From NCBI GenBank assembly GCA_041572275.1, contig JBFFSQ010000003.1, positions 1 to 37,296 of the forward strand: a stretch of DNA of 37,296 bases, read 5' to 3'. Numbering within the stretch: position 1 is the first letter of the stretch; each line of letters opens with the position of its first letter. A program made the position numbers and the translations under genes. The stretch is from Gammaproteobacteria bacterium. Lineage in GTDB: Bacteria; Pseudomonadota; Gammaproteobacteria; SZUA-229. The notes beneath the pieces were generated by a model. The model made no database searches, was not told where the DNA came from, and saw nothing but the letters and a program-made list of their open reading frames with translations. Below are positions 6,531 to 16,018 of this stretch, in pieces.

Positions 6531-8888
6531 TTATGATGTTAGTGAAGCGAATAGTGTTGGTAGCTTTTCTGGCAAACGGTCAACGTTATCAATTACGGTG
6601 TAATTATTTTCACCAAAGATACGCTTCACATAAGCATCAGCATGAGGATCCAGTGTTAAGCAGTATGTAAGAACTCCTGTAGAATAAAGTTCCTCTACTG
6701 CTTTCTTGGTATCATGACGTAAATGCTGTGGGTCGCGTTCATCAATATCAGCCGGTTCACCATCGGTGACCAGAAGAATTAACTTACGACGTTCAGGCTG
6801 CTTTAACAGATGATGACCTGCATGTCGTAATGCTGCCCCCATGCGTGTAGATAAACCGCCTTTCATACCCGCCAGGCGACCTTTAACATCATCATCTAAT
6901 TTTTGATTAAAGTCCTTGAAGCGATAATACTGCACGTCATGACGGCCATCAGATGCAAAGCCATGCAGTGCAAATGGATCACCGATACCATTAATTGCTG
7001 TAGCAACTAAAGTCGCCGCCTCTCGCGTTAACTGAAGCACTGTTTTTTCTGAACCACCCATAGGTTCATTGGTTGATTCAGACAGGTCCATTAATACGAC
7101 GATAGACAGGTCACGTGTGTTCAACACATTACGCATGGTAATACGTGGGTTGGGCTGTTCGCCCATACGTATAGCAATCATCGCATCTACCGCGGCATTA
7201 ATATCCAGCTCATCACCGTCTTCTAAACCGCGCTTACGTTGAACGCCTTCTGGGGTTAACAAATCAATGATTTGTTTAATGCGATGCGCAACAGGTTTGT
7301 ACTCATCCAGAATCAGCTTAATATCTTCCGGATCGCCTAACGGTTGACGTCGCTCGTATACAGTTGCCCAGTCAGGACGGTGTAATTGAATCTGGTAATC
7401 CCATTCCTGGTAATGGAAAGGATCGGAAACAGGTTCCTTACCCCACATGTCGTTGAAACTGACTTGCTCATCGGTCAGGTCGTCTTCATAGGGACGCATG
7501 TTTGTTGAACATGTCCAGATTTCCTGAGCGTCATCACCCGCCAGCTCACAGTCAACTTCGTTAGCCATTTCAATAACACTAACTTGTTTACGAACCTGGC
7601 GCTGACTAGCCGCAACATATTCAAACTCAACATCTGAATCAAATTCTTCAAATTCCCAGACATAGCGATTATCATCGCGGTAAGGGATACGAATACGTTC
7701 AAGGATACGTAAACTCGGGACATTCTTGCGGCCAGAGAACAGGTTAAACAGTTCCATACCCATATGCCATGAGTAATTGTTATCATCCTGTTTGTCTTCT
7801 ATTTCGGCGTGGAAACGTTGAACAAACTCGGCAACCTGCTCATCATCCGTCGTTATGGAATCATCAAGCAGCATGTGTGCGATATGTTCCAGCTCTTTCA
7901 TTGCCGGATGTTCTAACTCTTCATCCTCATCGGCAATTTTCAGGAGTTCTGCCCACAGTTTTTTCAAGCCGGGAAAATCCTTAGCCGCTTTATATTCAAC
8001 GCGTGCGTCTTCCATAAAGCCGATGAAGAACATCTGTGCCGGACTAAGCTGCTCTGCAGAAATAGCTGAGTCTGAATAACACATGTGTGCGGCCATATGA
8101 GCTGCCGTAGCACGATACAGTTCCAGGCCTGGGATCTTGTTATCATCAGGACCGACATCATCAACCGCATCAGGCATATGCACAATACGGTGTTCAATAT
8201 AGGGTCGGAAATCTGTGTAGTCTGCACCGGTAGGACGCAGGAAGAAATCACGACCCCACAAGGCACGCAGATAAAAATTCAGTTTGCGCTGTACTTTAAT
8301 GAACAGAACACCACGACGTTCTTTCTGTAACATCGCCTTTGAGTCTGCTGATTCCAGGTTAAAGTAGGTCGTCAGGTTATCAAAATCACGACGGTATGCC
8401 TGGGCGCCAAAATTGGCCCAGCGACGTAAGCCACTTAAGGTCAGTTTATCCAGCAGCTGATCAATGTGATTTAACATTGGGCGCAAACCACGTGCCGCAG
8501 TTGATGCAAACTGGTGGATAAAGGTCAGATAGCCACGTACCAGTTCAGCATCACCCAGGTGACGGGCTGCAGATGGCAAACTAGCAAAGAGTAAAGAGAT
8601 AACTTCACCTGATGTCATGGAAGACAATTTCATGGCTGCAGTGATACAGTCATCAATGATGTCTTCACCACATTCCTTGGCAACCAGCGGCATTTCCTGG
8701 AGGTAAGTTATGACCAGGTCAGAACCACGGCCCAGGTTAGACATAGCTTTGGCACCACTCAGGTAAGCTTCCAGTCCAGTTGGCGACATAATACGTGCCG
8801 CCTCATGAAAAGTGCCATTCAGTACATCACGTACTTCAGGAGCTACATCTTGTAACTGTTCTTCGTAATCTTCTAGATTGATCGACAT
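6531..8888 (-). CDS. cbbO: RuBisCO activase subunit CbbO (vWA-domain protein, NorD-like)
   Basis: 785 aa. C-terminal von Willebrand A domain with MIDAS-type VVLMDLSESTN. It sits immediately downstream of cbbQ in a cbbLS operon. Confidence 0.9.
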   Translation of the reverse strand: MSINLEDYEEQLQDVAPEVRDVLNGTFHEAARIMSPTGLEAYLSGAKAMSNLGRGSDLVITYLQEMPLVAKECGEDIIDDCITAAMKLSSMTSGEVISLLFASLPSAARHLGDAELVRGYLTFIHQFASTAARGLRPMLNHIDQLLDKLTLSGLRRWANFGAQAYRRDFDNLTTYFNLESADSKAMLQKERRGVLFIKVQRKLNFYLRALWGRDFFLRPTGADYTDFRPYIEHRIVHMPDAVDDVGPDDNKIPGLELYRATAAHMAAHMCYSDSAISAEQLSPAQMFFIGFMEDARVEYKAAKDFPGLKKLWAELLKIADEDEELEHPAMKELEHIAHMLLDDSITTDDEQVAEFVQRFHAEIEDKQDDNNYSWHMGMELFNLFSGRKNVPSLRILERIRIPYRDDNRYVWEFEEFDSDVEFEYVAASQRQVRKQVSVIEMANEVDCELAGDDAQEIWTCSTNMRPYEDDLTDEQVSFNDMWGKEPVSDPFHYQEWDYQIQLHRPDWATVYERRQPLGDPEDIKLILDEYKPVAHRIKQIIDLLTPEGVQRKRGLEDGDELDINAAVDAMIAIRMGEQPNPRITMRNVLNTRDLSIVVLMDLSESTNEPMGGSEKTVLQLTREAATLVATAINGIGDPFALHGFASDGRHDVQYYRFKDFNQKLDDDVKGRLAGMKGGLSTRMGAALRHAGHHLLKQPERRKLILLVTDGEPADIDERDPQHLRHDTKKAVEELYSTGVLTYCLTLDPHADAYVKRIFGENNYTVIDNVDRLPEKLPTLFASLTS

Positions 8889-8981
8889 TTTTTTACCTAA
8901 CCATAAATATAAGGTTATTGCTTATATGCCATACCTGAAAGTTGAACAGGTATAGCACGTCTTTACTTTATCGGTAAAAAA

Positions 8982-9797
8982 TTAACCAAAGAATGTCTGT
9001 ACGGCAGCATTCAGCGTATCACGCATATCCGGGTCATCTGTTAATGGTGTGACCATGGTCATGCTACAGGCGGCTTCGGCATCAATGCCTTTGCTAATCA
9101 GTTGTCCTGCGTAAACCAGTAGACGGGTTGAAATGCCTTCATCCAGACCGTGACCTTTCAGGTTACGCGCACGGTGTGCAATCTGGACCAGTTTTTCTGC
9201 AGTAGCTTTATCAACACCCGATTCTTTTGAAACAATCGAAACTTCAATTTCTTCAACTGGATAATCAAAATCCAGACCACCGAATCGCTGCTTGGTAGAT
9301 TGCTTAAGATCTTTCATCAAGCTCTGGTAGCCAGGGTTATAAGAGATAACCAGCTGGAAATCAGGATGGGCTTCGATGAGCTCACCTTTCTTATCTAATG
9401 GCAGAGTGCGACGGTGGTCAGTTAACGGGTGAATAACTACCGTTGTATCCTGGCGTGCTTCAACCACTTCGTCCAGGTAACAGATTGCACCAATACGTGC
9501 GGCTGTTGCTAATGGACCATCCTGCCATTTGGTACCATCTTTATCCAGCAGGAAGCGACCTACCAGGTCAGATGCAGTCATATCTTCATTACATGCAACT
9601 GTGATCAATGGACGACCCAGTTTATAAGCCATATATTCAACAAAGCGAGATTTACCACAACCTGTTGGGCCTTTCAGCATCATTGGCATACGTGCGTTAT
9701 ACGCGGCTTCGTATAGCTCAATTTCATTAGCAACTGGCTCAAAGTATGGTTCTTCTTTAATAATGTATTGTTGTGGATCAACAGTATTTTCTGACAT
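8982..9797 (-). CDS. cbbQ: RuBisCO activase AAA+ ATPase CbbQ (MoxR class, NorQ-like)
   Basis: 271 aa. Walker A GPTGCGKS, Walker B CYLDEV, and the typical CbbQ/NorQ length and context. Confidence 0.93.
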   Translation of the reverse strand: MSENTVDPQQYIIKEEPYFEPVANEIELYEAAYNARMPMMLKGPTGCGKSRFVEYMAYKLGRPLITVACNEDMTASDLVGRFLLDKDGTKWQDGPLATAARIGAICYLDEVVEARQDTTVVIHPLTDHRRTLPLDKKGELIEAHPDFQLVISYNPGYQSLMKDLKQSTKQRFGGLDFDYPVEEIEVSIVSKESGVDKATAEKLVQIAHRARNLKGHGLDEGISTRLLVYAGQLISKGIDAEAACSMTMVTPLTDDPDMRDTLNAAVQTFFG

Positions 9798-9847
9798 GAC
9801 ACACCCTTTCTTGATGTTTCGGTTTAATTTTTAAAATCTTCAAAACC

Positions 9848-9871
9848 TTCTTGTATAAGCCTATACAAGAA
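9848..9871 (-). other. Intercistronic stem-loop between orf110 and cbbQ
   Basis: Perfect 10-bp inverted repeat ttcttgtata / tatacaagaa with a 4-nt loop. On the minus strand it is followed by GGTTTTGAAGATTTT. The stem is AT-rich, so it would be only a weak terminator or a processing site. Confidence 0.4.
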
Positions 9872-9912
9872 TAATGAAATCAAATATTGATTCGCCCTGC
9901 TAAACAACGTGC

Positions 9913-10245
9913 TTATAGCTCGCTGTAAATCTCATATTCACCATCCCATCCAAGTTCACGTGCTTTTTTTACCGCTTCATCGTGGATGCGTTGATGACGT
10001 TCAAATAAATCTTCTGGTAACCGGCTGACTAAACAACCGTATTTATCCCACTCGGCATTAACCTTATCTTGTAAAGCGTCAATCCCGGCTAGGTTCCAGC
10101 CCTTACAGGTTTCAGTTTCTTCAATAATGCCAAACACACGTGCATCGCGAACCAGTTTTCCGATTGTGGTCATACCCCCGAACAGGTCTTCATCGATTCC
10201 GACATAACGATCGTTCTGTGCTGATTTTGATGGTTGTCTTGGCAT
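9913..10245 (-). CDS. Hypothetical acidic protein (110 aa) inserted between cbbS and cbbQ
   Basis: ATG-initiated ORF with a weak GGTAAG SD-like element 8 nt upstream. No motif recognised. It is bracketed by the cbbS terminator and the 9848-9871 stem-loop. Confidence 0.55.
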   Translation of the reverse strand: MPRQPSKSAQNDRYVGIDEDLFGGMTTIGKLVRDARVFGIIEETETCKGWNLAGIDALQDKVNAEWDKYGCLVSRLPEDLFERHQRIHDEAVKKARELGWDGEYEIYSEL

Positions 10246-10285
10246 AAAAACACTTACCTATTATTAAAAATTACTTTATCTACAG

Positions 10286-10330
10286 AGATAAAAAAGCCCC
10301 TGTGCTGCAGATGCAGACCAGGGGCTTTTT
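10286..10330 (-). terminator. Intrinsic terminator/attenuator after cbbS
   Basis: Stem agcccctg / caggggct (10295-10302 / 10319-10326) with runs of A/T on both sides. It lies about 25 nt downstream of the cbbS stop. This is the usual place where cbbLS transcripts are partly terminated ahead of the accessory genes. Confidence 0.8.
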
Positions 10331-10352
10331 CAGGTATAAACCCCGGATCTGC

Positions 10353-10709
10353 TTATACAGCTTCGCCGCGGAAGATAACCATAGATGCACCAGCACACTG
10401 TGCAAAGTTGTCCAGACCTAACAGGCGAACGTGGTTGCCTGGGTGAGCTTTTTTACAAGCTTCACATTCAGCCAGGATAGCATCAACGTCAGTTTCACCG
10501 AACATTGGCAGCTTCCACATGTACCAGTAAGAACCACTGGCGTTTTGAGGCTCAGTGTGTTCAATTGATGGGTTCCAACCTTTGCCTACGATGTACTCGA
10601 TTTGAGCGCGGATCTGATCAGCGTCCATAGATGGCAGGTAAGAGAAAGTTTCAAACTTACGGCTGTTAGCGTCGCCTAAGCTTGATGCGTAATCTTGCAT
10701 ATCACTCAT
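10353..10709 (-). CDS. cbbS: RuBisCO small subunit
   Basis: 118 aa, recognisable RbcS/CbbS sequence (...[12 protein letters not shown]...). It starts 79 nt after the cbbL stop. Confidence 0.95.
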   Translation of the reverse strand: MSDMQDYASSLGDANSRKFETFSYLPSMDADQIRAQIEYIVGKGWNPSIEHTEPQNASGSYWYMWKLPMFGETDVDAILAECEACKKAHPGNHVRLLGLDNFAQCAGASMVIFRGEAV

Positions 10710-10788
10710 TGTGAATACTCCAAATTAAATTTCGTTTGTAAGAGCAACTCTTAAGAGCTGCTCCTACGCAGCATTAGCTATATCGCTA

Positions 10789-12207
10789 TTACTTGTGAGA
10801 AACGTCCAGCTTATCAACTGTGTCGAATTCGAACTTGATTTCTTTCCAAGTTTCCATCGCAGCTTTAAGCTCTGGGCTGCTCTTAGCAGCGTTAGTAAGG
10901 ATGTCCTTACCTTCTTTCTCAAGCTCACGACCAGTGTTACGTGCTTCAACACAAGCTTCAACAGCAACACGGTTAGCAGCTGCACCCGCAGCGTTGCCCC
11001 ATGGGTGACCTAATGTACCGCCACCGAACTGCAGTACAGAGTCATCACCAAAGATGTTAACCAGCGCAGGCATGTGCCATACATGGATACCACCAGAAGC
11101 TACTGGGATAACGCCAGGCATTGAACCCCAGTCCTGATCAAAGAAGATACCGCGTGAACGATCTTCTTTGATGAATGAATCACGCATGATGTCGATCCAG
11201 CCCAGAGTTGCTTCACGATCGCCTTCCAGCTTACCAACAACAGTACCTGAATGCAGGTGGTCACCACCAGACAGACGTAATACTTTAGTTAACACACGGA
11301 AGTGGATACCGTGGTGTGGGTTACGGTCAAGTACCGCGTGCATTGCACGGTGAATGTGCAGCAGCATGCCGTTGTCCTGACACCATTGAGCCAGCTGAGT
11401 GTTCGCTGACAGACCACCAGTCAGGTAGTCATGCATGATGATAGGTGCGCCGATTTCTTTCGCGTATTCTGCACGCTTCATCATTTCATCAGATGTAGGA
11501 GCAGTAACGTTCAGGTAATGACCTTTACGCTCACCAGTCTCAGCTTCAGCTTTCAGGATAGCTTCCATTACGAAATCGAAACGGTGCTTCCAACGCATGA
11601 ATGGCTGTGAGTTAACGTTTTCGTCGTCTTTAGTGAAGTCAAGACCGCCACGCAGACCTTCGTAACATGCACGACCGTAGTTCTTGGCAGACAGACCCAG
11701 TTTAGGTTTGATAGTACAACCCAGCATAGGACGACCGTACTTGTTCATGATGTCACGTTCAACCTGGATACCCTGCGGTGGTCCATTACAAGTCATAACG
11801 TAAGCAACTGGGAAGCGGATATCTTCTAAACGAAGTGCACGCAGAGCTTTGAAACCAAATACGTTACCAACCAGTGAAGTCAGTACGTTTACAACTGAAC
11901 CTTCTTCGAACAGGTCAATTGGGTATGCGATGAACGCGTAGAAACAAGTGTCATCACCTGGTACGTCTTCGATCGCATATGCGCGACCTTTGTAGTAGTC
12001 CAGATCAGTTAACAGGTCAGTCCATACAGTAGTCCATGTACCTGTTGAAGATTCAGCAGCTACCGCAGCAGCAACTTCTTCACGAGGAACACCTTCCTGT
12101 GGAGTAACTTTAAAACAAGCCAGAATATCAGTCTCTAATGGAGTGTATTCGGGCATCCAATAAGTTTCGCGGTATTCTTTAACACCAGCGTCGTACTTTT
12201 TAGCCAT
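10789..12207 (-). CDS. cbbL: RuBisCO large subunit, form IA (green-type; Q-type locus)
   Basis: Canonical motifs [31 protein letters not shown] and [11 protein letters not shown]. The N-terminus [12 protein letters not shown] is typical of form IA. The ATG at 12207 has a GGAGG SD at 12214-12218; the track start at 12231 is an upstream extension. Confidence 0.97.
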   Translation of the reverse strand: MAKKYDAGVKEYRETYWMPEYTPLETDILACFKVTPQEGVPREEVAAAVAAESSTGTWTTVWTDLLTDLDYYKGRAYAIEDVPGDDTCFYAFIAYPIDLFEEGSVVNVLTSLVGNVFGFKALRALRLEDIRFPVAYVMTCNGPPQGIQVERDIMNKYGRPMLGCTIKPKLGLSAKNYGRACYEGLRGGLDFTKDDENVNSQPFMRWKHRFDFVMEAILKAEAETGERKGHYLNVTAPTSDEMMKRAEYAKEIGAPIIMHDYLTGGLSANTQLAQWCQDNGMLLHIHRAMHAVLDRNPHHGIHFRVLTKVLRLSGGDHLHSGTVVGKLEGDREATLGWIDIMRDSFIKEDRSRGIFFDQDWGSMPGVIPVASGGIHVWHMPALVNIFGDDSVLQFGGGTLGHPWGNAAGAAANRVAVEACVEARNTGRELEKEGKDILTNAAKSSPELKAAMETWKEIKFEFDTVDKLDVSHK

Positions 12208-12436
12208 TATAGGCCTCCTAGTAATTAACAAGGTTTTTAAATTCTTTCCTAGCCAGCAGATTGAATCTCTATTCCGTTGGCGTTTAAATCATGGGTAAAT
12301 AATCACCCATGACTCAGTGGGAATGGAAGTATATGCGAAGCAAACTATAAAGATATTCAGTATTTTTGATTGTTATCATAAATAAATGCTTATACTATTA
12401 ATATTTCATACATACTATTATTAAAGTTGATAGATC
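12208..12436. promoter_or_regulatory. Divergent cbbR-cbbL control region with candidate LysR (T-N11-A / TNA-N7-TNA) box
   Basis: AT-rich 229-nt spacer between divergent cbbL and cbbR. TCAGTATTTTTGA at 12357-12369 fits T-N11-A with TCA/TGA dyad ends. An 8-bp-stem hairpin, tcatgggt(12289-12296)/acccatga(12305-12312), lies in the presumed cbbL leader. Promoter hexamers are not confidently placed. Confidence 0.4.
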
Positions 12437-13345
12437 ATGCATGTGACATTACGTCAATTAGAGGTATTCGAGGCAGTGGCTCGCTTAAATAGCTATACCA
12501 AAGCGGCCGAGGAATTGCACCTGAGTCAGCCTGGTGTTTCTATGCAAATCAAACAGTTAGAAGAAAGTATCGGCCTGCCGCTGTTTGAGCATGTTGGTAA
12601 GAAAATTTTTATAACTACCGCTGGTCGGGAAATGTACAGCTATAGCCAGACTATCAGTCATTTGTTAGATGAGGCGGATACGGTCATTGAAGAATTGAAA
12701 GGTGTACAAAGCGGTCGTCTGGCGATTTCCGTAGCCACTACTGCCAGTCATTTTGCCACTCGCCTGTTGGCTGCCTTTTCGCAGCGTTATGAGGGTGTCA
12801 CCATCAGTCTGGATATCACCAACCGGGAAAGCCTGCGTCGCCAGCTGGAGCATAATGAGCCGGATCTGGTTATCATGGGTCAACCACCAGAAGGTGTGGA
12901 TACAGAATCCGAGATCTTCATGGAAAATCCGCTGGTAATGATAGCACCACCTGATCATCCTCTTGTCGAAGAAAAAAATATTCCATTAGAACAATTTGAG
13001 CATGAGCATTTTGTGGTGCGTGAGGGAGGCTCCGGTACGCGCAGTGCAATTCAGCGTTTTTTTGAAGATCACGGCGTGAGTTTTCATACCGGTATTGAGA
13101 TGAGCAGTAACGAAGCCATCAAGCAGGCGGTTGAGGCCGGGCTGGGCCTGGGGATAGTGTCCATCCATACTCTGGAGCTGGAGCTGGCAACTAATACCCT
13201 GGTGACGCTGGATGTGGAGGATTTTCCAATCATGCGTCATTGGCACATTGTGCAGCGATCGGGAAAACGTTTATCTCCTGTTGCCCAGACGTTCAAGCAG
13301 TTTGTACTCGACGAAGCGAAGCAGTTTATTCGGCTGGAAAAATAA
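12437..13345 (+). CDS. cbbR: LysR-family transcriptional regulator of the cbb operon
   Basis: 302 aa. N-terminal HTH (YTKAAEELHLSQPGVSMQIKQLEE) plus a LysR substrate-binding domain. It is divergently adjacent to cbbL. Confidence 0.9.
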   Translation: MHVTLRQLEVFEAVARLNSYTKAAEELHLSQPGVSMQIKQLEESIGLPLFEHVGKKIFITTAGREMYSYSQTISHLLDEADTVIEELKGVQSGRLAISVATTASHFATRLLAAFSQRYEGVTISLDITNRESLRRQLEHNEPDLVIMGQPPEGVDTESEIFMENPLVMIAPPDHPLVEEKNIPLEQFEHEHFVVREGGSGTRSAIQRFFEDHGVSFHTGIEMSSNEAIKQAVEAGLGLGIVSIHTLELELATNTLVTLDVEDFPIMRHWHIVQRSGKRLSPVAQTFKQFVLDEAKQFIRLEK

Positions 13346-13368
13346 TATTAAAAAAAATATGGTTTTTG

Positions 13369-13397
13369 TTCGCATTTCATTTTTTTCATGCTATATA
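13369..13397 (+). promoter_or_regulatory. Candidate sigma70 promoter for the DUF3365-GGDEF-EAL gene
   Basis: TTCGCA (13369-13374), a 17-nt spacer, then TATATA (13392-13397). It lies about 35 nt upstream of the TTG start. Identified by eye only. Confidence 0.3.
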
Positions 13398-13432
13398 AGC
13401 AGTCCGTCTAAGTTTTTATCCAAGATGTAGCA

Positions 13433-15553
13433 TTGAATAATTATAATAATGTCCAGAAATCCGGTCCTGACCGGTTTGTCAAAGAACCCATCGTTATTAG
13501 CTCTGTATTACTCCTGATTAGCTGGACCTTGTTAACCGGCTATTCTCTCTACTGGAATATTACCAATCTGTATCAGAGGCAAGTGGATCTTGCCGCTTCG
13601 GAGGCGCGTGCCAACTGGAATAAAGATCGTGCGTTTCGTGACTGGACCACTCGACAGGGTGGTGTCTATGTCAAAACCAGTGATCAGGTTCGACCCAATG
13701 AAAACCTGGCGCATTTAAAGAATCGGGATTTGCACACCCTGGAAGGAGTCCAGCTTACATTGTTGAATCCAGCGTTTATTTTGCGGGAAATGACTGCTGA
13801 GTTTGAGCAGGCAACAGGAATTAAGGGACGCCTCACTGCGAAACAGGTCTTTAATCTTGAAAATAAGGCCGATGCCTGGGAGCAGGCTGCTATTGCGCGG
13901 TTTGAGCAAGGGATCGAAGAAGTAATTGAAGAGACAGAAATCGATGGTGCACCTTATTTGCGTTTCATGAAACCGGTATACGTCAATAAGGAGTGTATTC
14001 ATTGCCATGGTGATCTGGGATTTAAAGAAGGCGATTTACGTGGTGGTATGAGCGTGTCTGTGCCTTTAACGCCCTACCTGACAAGTGCTGCCCAGACCGT
14101 GAATTCCATGGTCTTGACCCACGCCAGTGTCTGGTTGCTAGGATTTCTGGGGATTGTGGCATTTGCCTGGATGGCCCGTGTTCGAGAAAAAGACCGTTTT
14201 GTTTTGCAGGCGCAGCTGGCCCATGATGCCCTGCACGATGTCCTCACTGATCTACCTAACCGTACGCTGTTTACCGATCGACTGAATACCGCGATTCGCA
14301 TGAAACAGCGAGATCCTGGCTATCAGTTTGCCATTTGTTTTCTCGACCTGGATCGTTTCAAGAACCTGAATGATAGCTACGGTCATAAACTGGGTGATGA
14401 AATGCTCAAGCAGGTGGCAGAGCGTTTTAGTGAAATTACCCGGCCTATGGACACGGTTGCGCGTATGGGCGGCGATGAGTTTACGTTCCTGCTGGAAAAT
14501 TATGCGAATGACAAGGAAGCAGTATCGATTATTGAGCGTTTACTGGCTACCTTGAAGGAGCCCTTTGATATAGCCGGTACGCTAATTTATACCAATGCCA
14601 GTATCGGTGTGTGCTTTGGCGATAGTAACTATAAGCGTGCCGATGACATGATACGAGATGCAGATATTGCCATGTACCAGGCCAAGTCTTCGGGCAAAGG
14701 CCAGGCCTATATCTTTGATCCACATATGCATCGTCAGGCGGTGGTGGCTATGCAAATTGAAAATGATCTCCGCCATGCTCTGATCAATGAGCAATTTGAA
14801 GTCTATTACCAGCCAATCATCAATCTGCAGGAAAACAGGATTGATGGCTTTGAGGCCTTGTTACGATGGCACCACCCGCAATTAGGGGATGTACCGCCGG
14901 ATGATTTTATTCCGGTGGCGGAAGATATGGGGGTGATTGGTGAAATTGGTGAATGGGTGCTCAGACAGGCATGTGCCCAGGTTCAGCAGTGGAGTGATCA
15001 GTATCGACCTGAGGAGGGCTTTTTTGTCTCGGTAAACCTGTCGGGTCGGCAGATCATTGACAGTGGGCTCAAGCAGACAATTGCAGCTATCCTTGAGTCA
15101 ACAGGTATGGATCCAGCTCGCTTGCATTGTGAGATTACCGAGACCATGCTAATCCAGCATAAGGAATTGGCCGCAGTAGTAATGGATGATATTCAGGCGA
15201 TGGGGGTGCATATCAGTATTGATGATTTCGGTAAGGGCTATTGTTCCCTGACGTATCTGCATCGATTCAAGTTCAATACCCTGAAAATTGATAAATCATT
15301 CGTCCAGGATATGAGTAACTATGGTAAGGGACTATCATTGGTACGCACAATCATGGTGCTGGCTCGAGATTTCGGTACTGCAGTTGTTGCCGAGGGCGTT
15401 GAAGATAAAGATCAGCTTGATCGCCTACTGTCACTTAAGTGTCGATGGGCACAGGGCTACTATTTCTATAAGCCGTCACCTGCAGACGCTCTGAGTCACT
15501 GCCTGCAGGCGGGTTGTCACCAGTTGCTTGGCAAACTGGGCTGCTGTCAATGA
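13433..15553 (+). CDS. Membrane-bound DUF3365 (haem-c sensor)-GGDEF-EAL c-di-GMP signalling protein
   Basis: 706 aa. TM helix, then a periplasmic DUF3365 with CIHCH (encoded at 13994-14008), then a second TM helix. The GGDEF domain has an RPMD I-site 5 residues before GGDEF. The EAL domain has EALLRW, DDFGKGY and EGVE. The TTG start is taken from the ORF track and no SD is seen. Confidence 0.85.
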   Translation: MNNYNNVQKSGPDRFVKEPIVISSVLLLISWTLLTGYSLYWNITNLYQRQVDLAASEARANWNKDRAFRDWTTRQGGVYVKTSDQVRPNENLAHLKNRDLHTLEGVQLTLLNPAFILREMTAEFEQATGIKGRLTAKQVFNLENKADAWEQAAIARFEQGIEEVIEETEIDGAPYLRFMKPVYVNKECIHCHGDLGFKEGDLRGGMSVSVPLTPYLTSAAQTVNSMVLTHASVWLLGFLGIVAFAWMARVREKDRFVLQAQLAHDALHDVLTDLPNRTLFTDRLNTAIRMKQRDPGYQFAICFLDLDRFKNLNDSYGHKLGDEMLKQVAERFSEITRPMDTVARMGGDEFTFLLENYANDKEAVSIIERLLATLKEPFDIAGTLIYTNASIGVCFGDSNYKRADDMIRDADIAMYQAKSSGKGQAYIFDPHMHRQAVVAMQIENDLRHALINEQFEVYYQPIINLQENRIDGFEALLRWHHPQLGDVPPDDFIPVAEDMGVIGEIGEWVLRQACAQVQQWSDQYRPEEGFFVSVNLSGRQIIDSGLKQTIAAILESTGMDPARLHCEITETMLIQHKELAAVVMDDIQAMGVHISIDDFGKGYCSLTYLHRFKFNTLKIDKSFVQDMSNYGKGLSLVRTIMVLARDFGTAVVAEGVEDKDQLDRLLSLKCRWAQGYYFYKPSPADALSHCLQAGCHQLLGKLGCCQ

Positions 15554-15578
15554 GCGGGTTTGGAACAGGAGCCGTTTT

Positions 15579-16004
15579 TTAGTTCGAAACGACCAGTTCG
15601 TCACCAAACCATGCGTGTAGAGCTTGTGAAATACTCGTGACCTGTGCGGCCGAATAGGGCTGTTTTTCGGTCCTGCCCCAGACGACGCCAGGCCAGCAGT
15701 AATCCTCTTCATGGCGGCCAATCACATGGATATGTAATTGTTGCACAATGTTACCGATGGTTGCGGTATTCAGTTTGGATACGCTGAATTCCGATTGAAT
15801 AAACCTGGAAATGGCATTGATGTTTGTCTGTAGTGCCTGCTGCTGTGCAACATCCAGTTCATGAAATTCGGTAATGTCTGTTTCTGGTACCAGAATGAAC
15901 CAGGGGACCAGGGCATTATTCAGCAGTAATAAATGACAGGCATTGAGTTTACCCATCCAGTGGCAATCATGTTTAAGCTGTTTGGCTAGTTTGAAGGTTG
16001 TCAT
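15579..16004 (-). CDS. HIT-family (histidine triad) protein
   Basis: 141 aa. QLHIHVIGR triad-like motif and the typical HIT length. Confidence 0.75.
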   Translation of the reverse strand: MTTFKLAKQLKHDCHWMGKLNACHLLLLNNALVPWFILVPETDITEFHELDVAQQQALQTNINAISRFIQSEFSVSKLNTATIGNIVQQLHIHVIGRHEEDYCWPGVVWGRTEKQPYSAAQVTSISQALHAWFGDELVVSN

Positions 16005-16018
16005 AGGCTGTTTACGCT

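Noticed and set aside
6531-9797. MoxR-AAA+ / vWA gene pair, considered as a stand-alone defence-like or NorQD-type module
   Set aside because: Direct linkage to cbbLS, together with the lengths and motifs, fits the well-known CbbQ/CbbO RuBisCO activase.
9879-9891. ATCAA-ATA-TTGAT palindrome upstream of cbbQ, considered as an FNR/CRP-type box
   Set aside because: The half-sites are in the wrong order and spacing for FNR (TTGAT-N4-ATCAA). It is a short AT-rich palindrome and plausibly arises by chance.
10764-11353. ORF-track entries inside and antisense to cbbL (10764-10985 minus, 10795-11013 plus, 10820-11008 plus, 11168-11353 plus)
   Set aside because: They lie wholly within a highly conserved RuBisCO gene and have low-complexity or odd composition with no start context. 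These are typical shadow ORFs. The same reasoning applies to the short ORFs inside cbbO (7475-8330), the flavoprotein gene (2952-4538), the multihaem gene (1595-2840), pdsS, the sortase target, ppnN and cusB.
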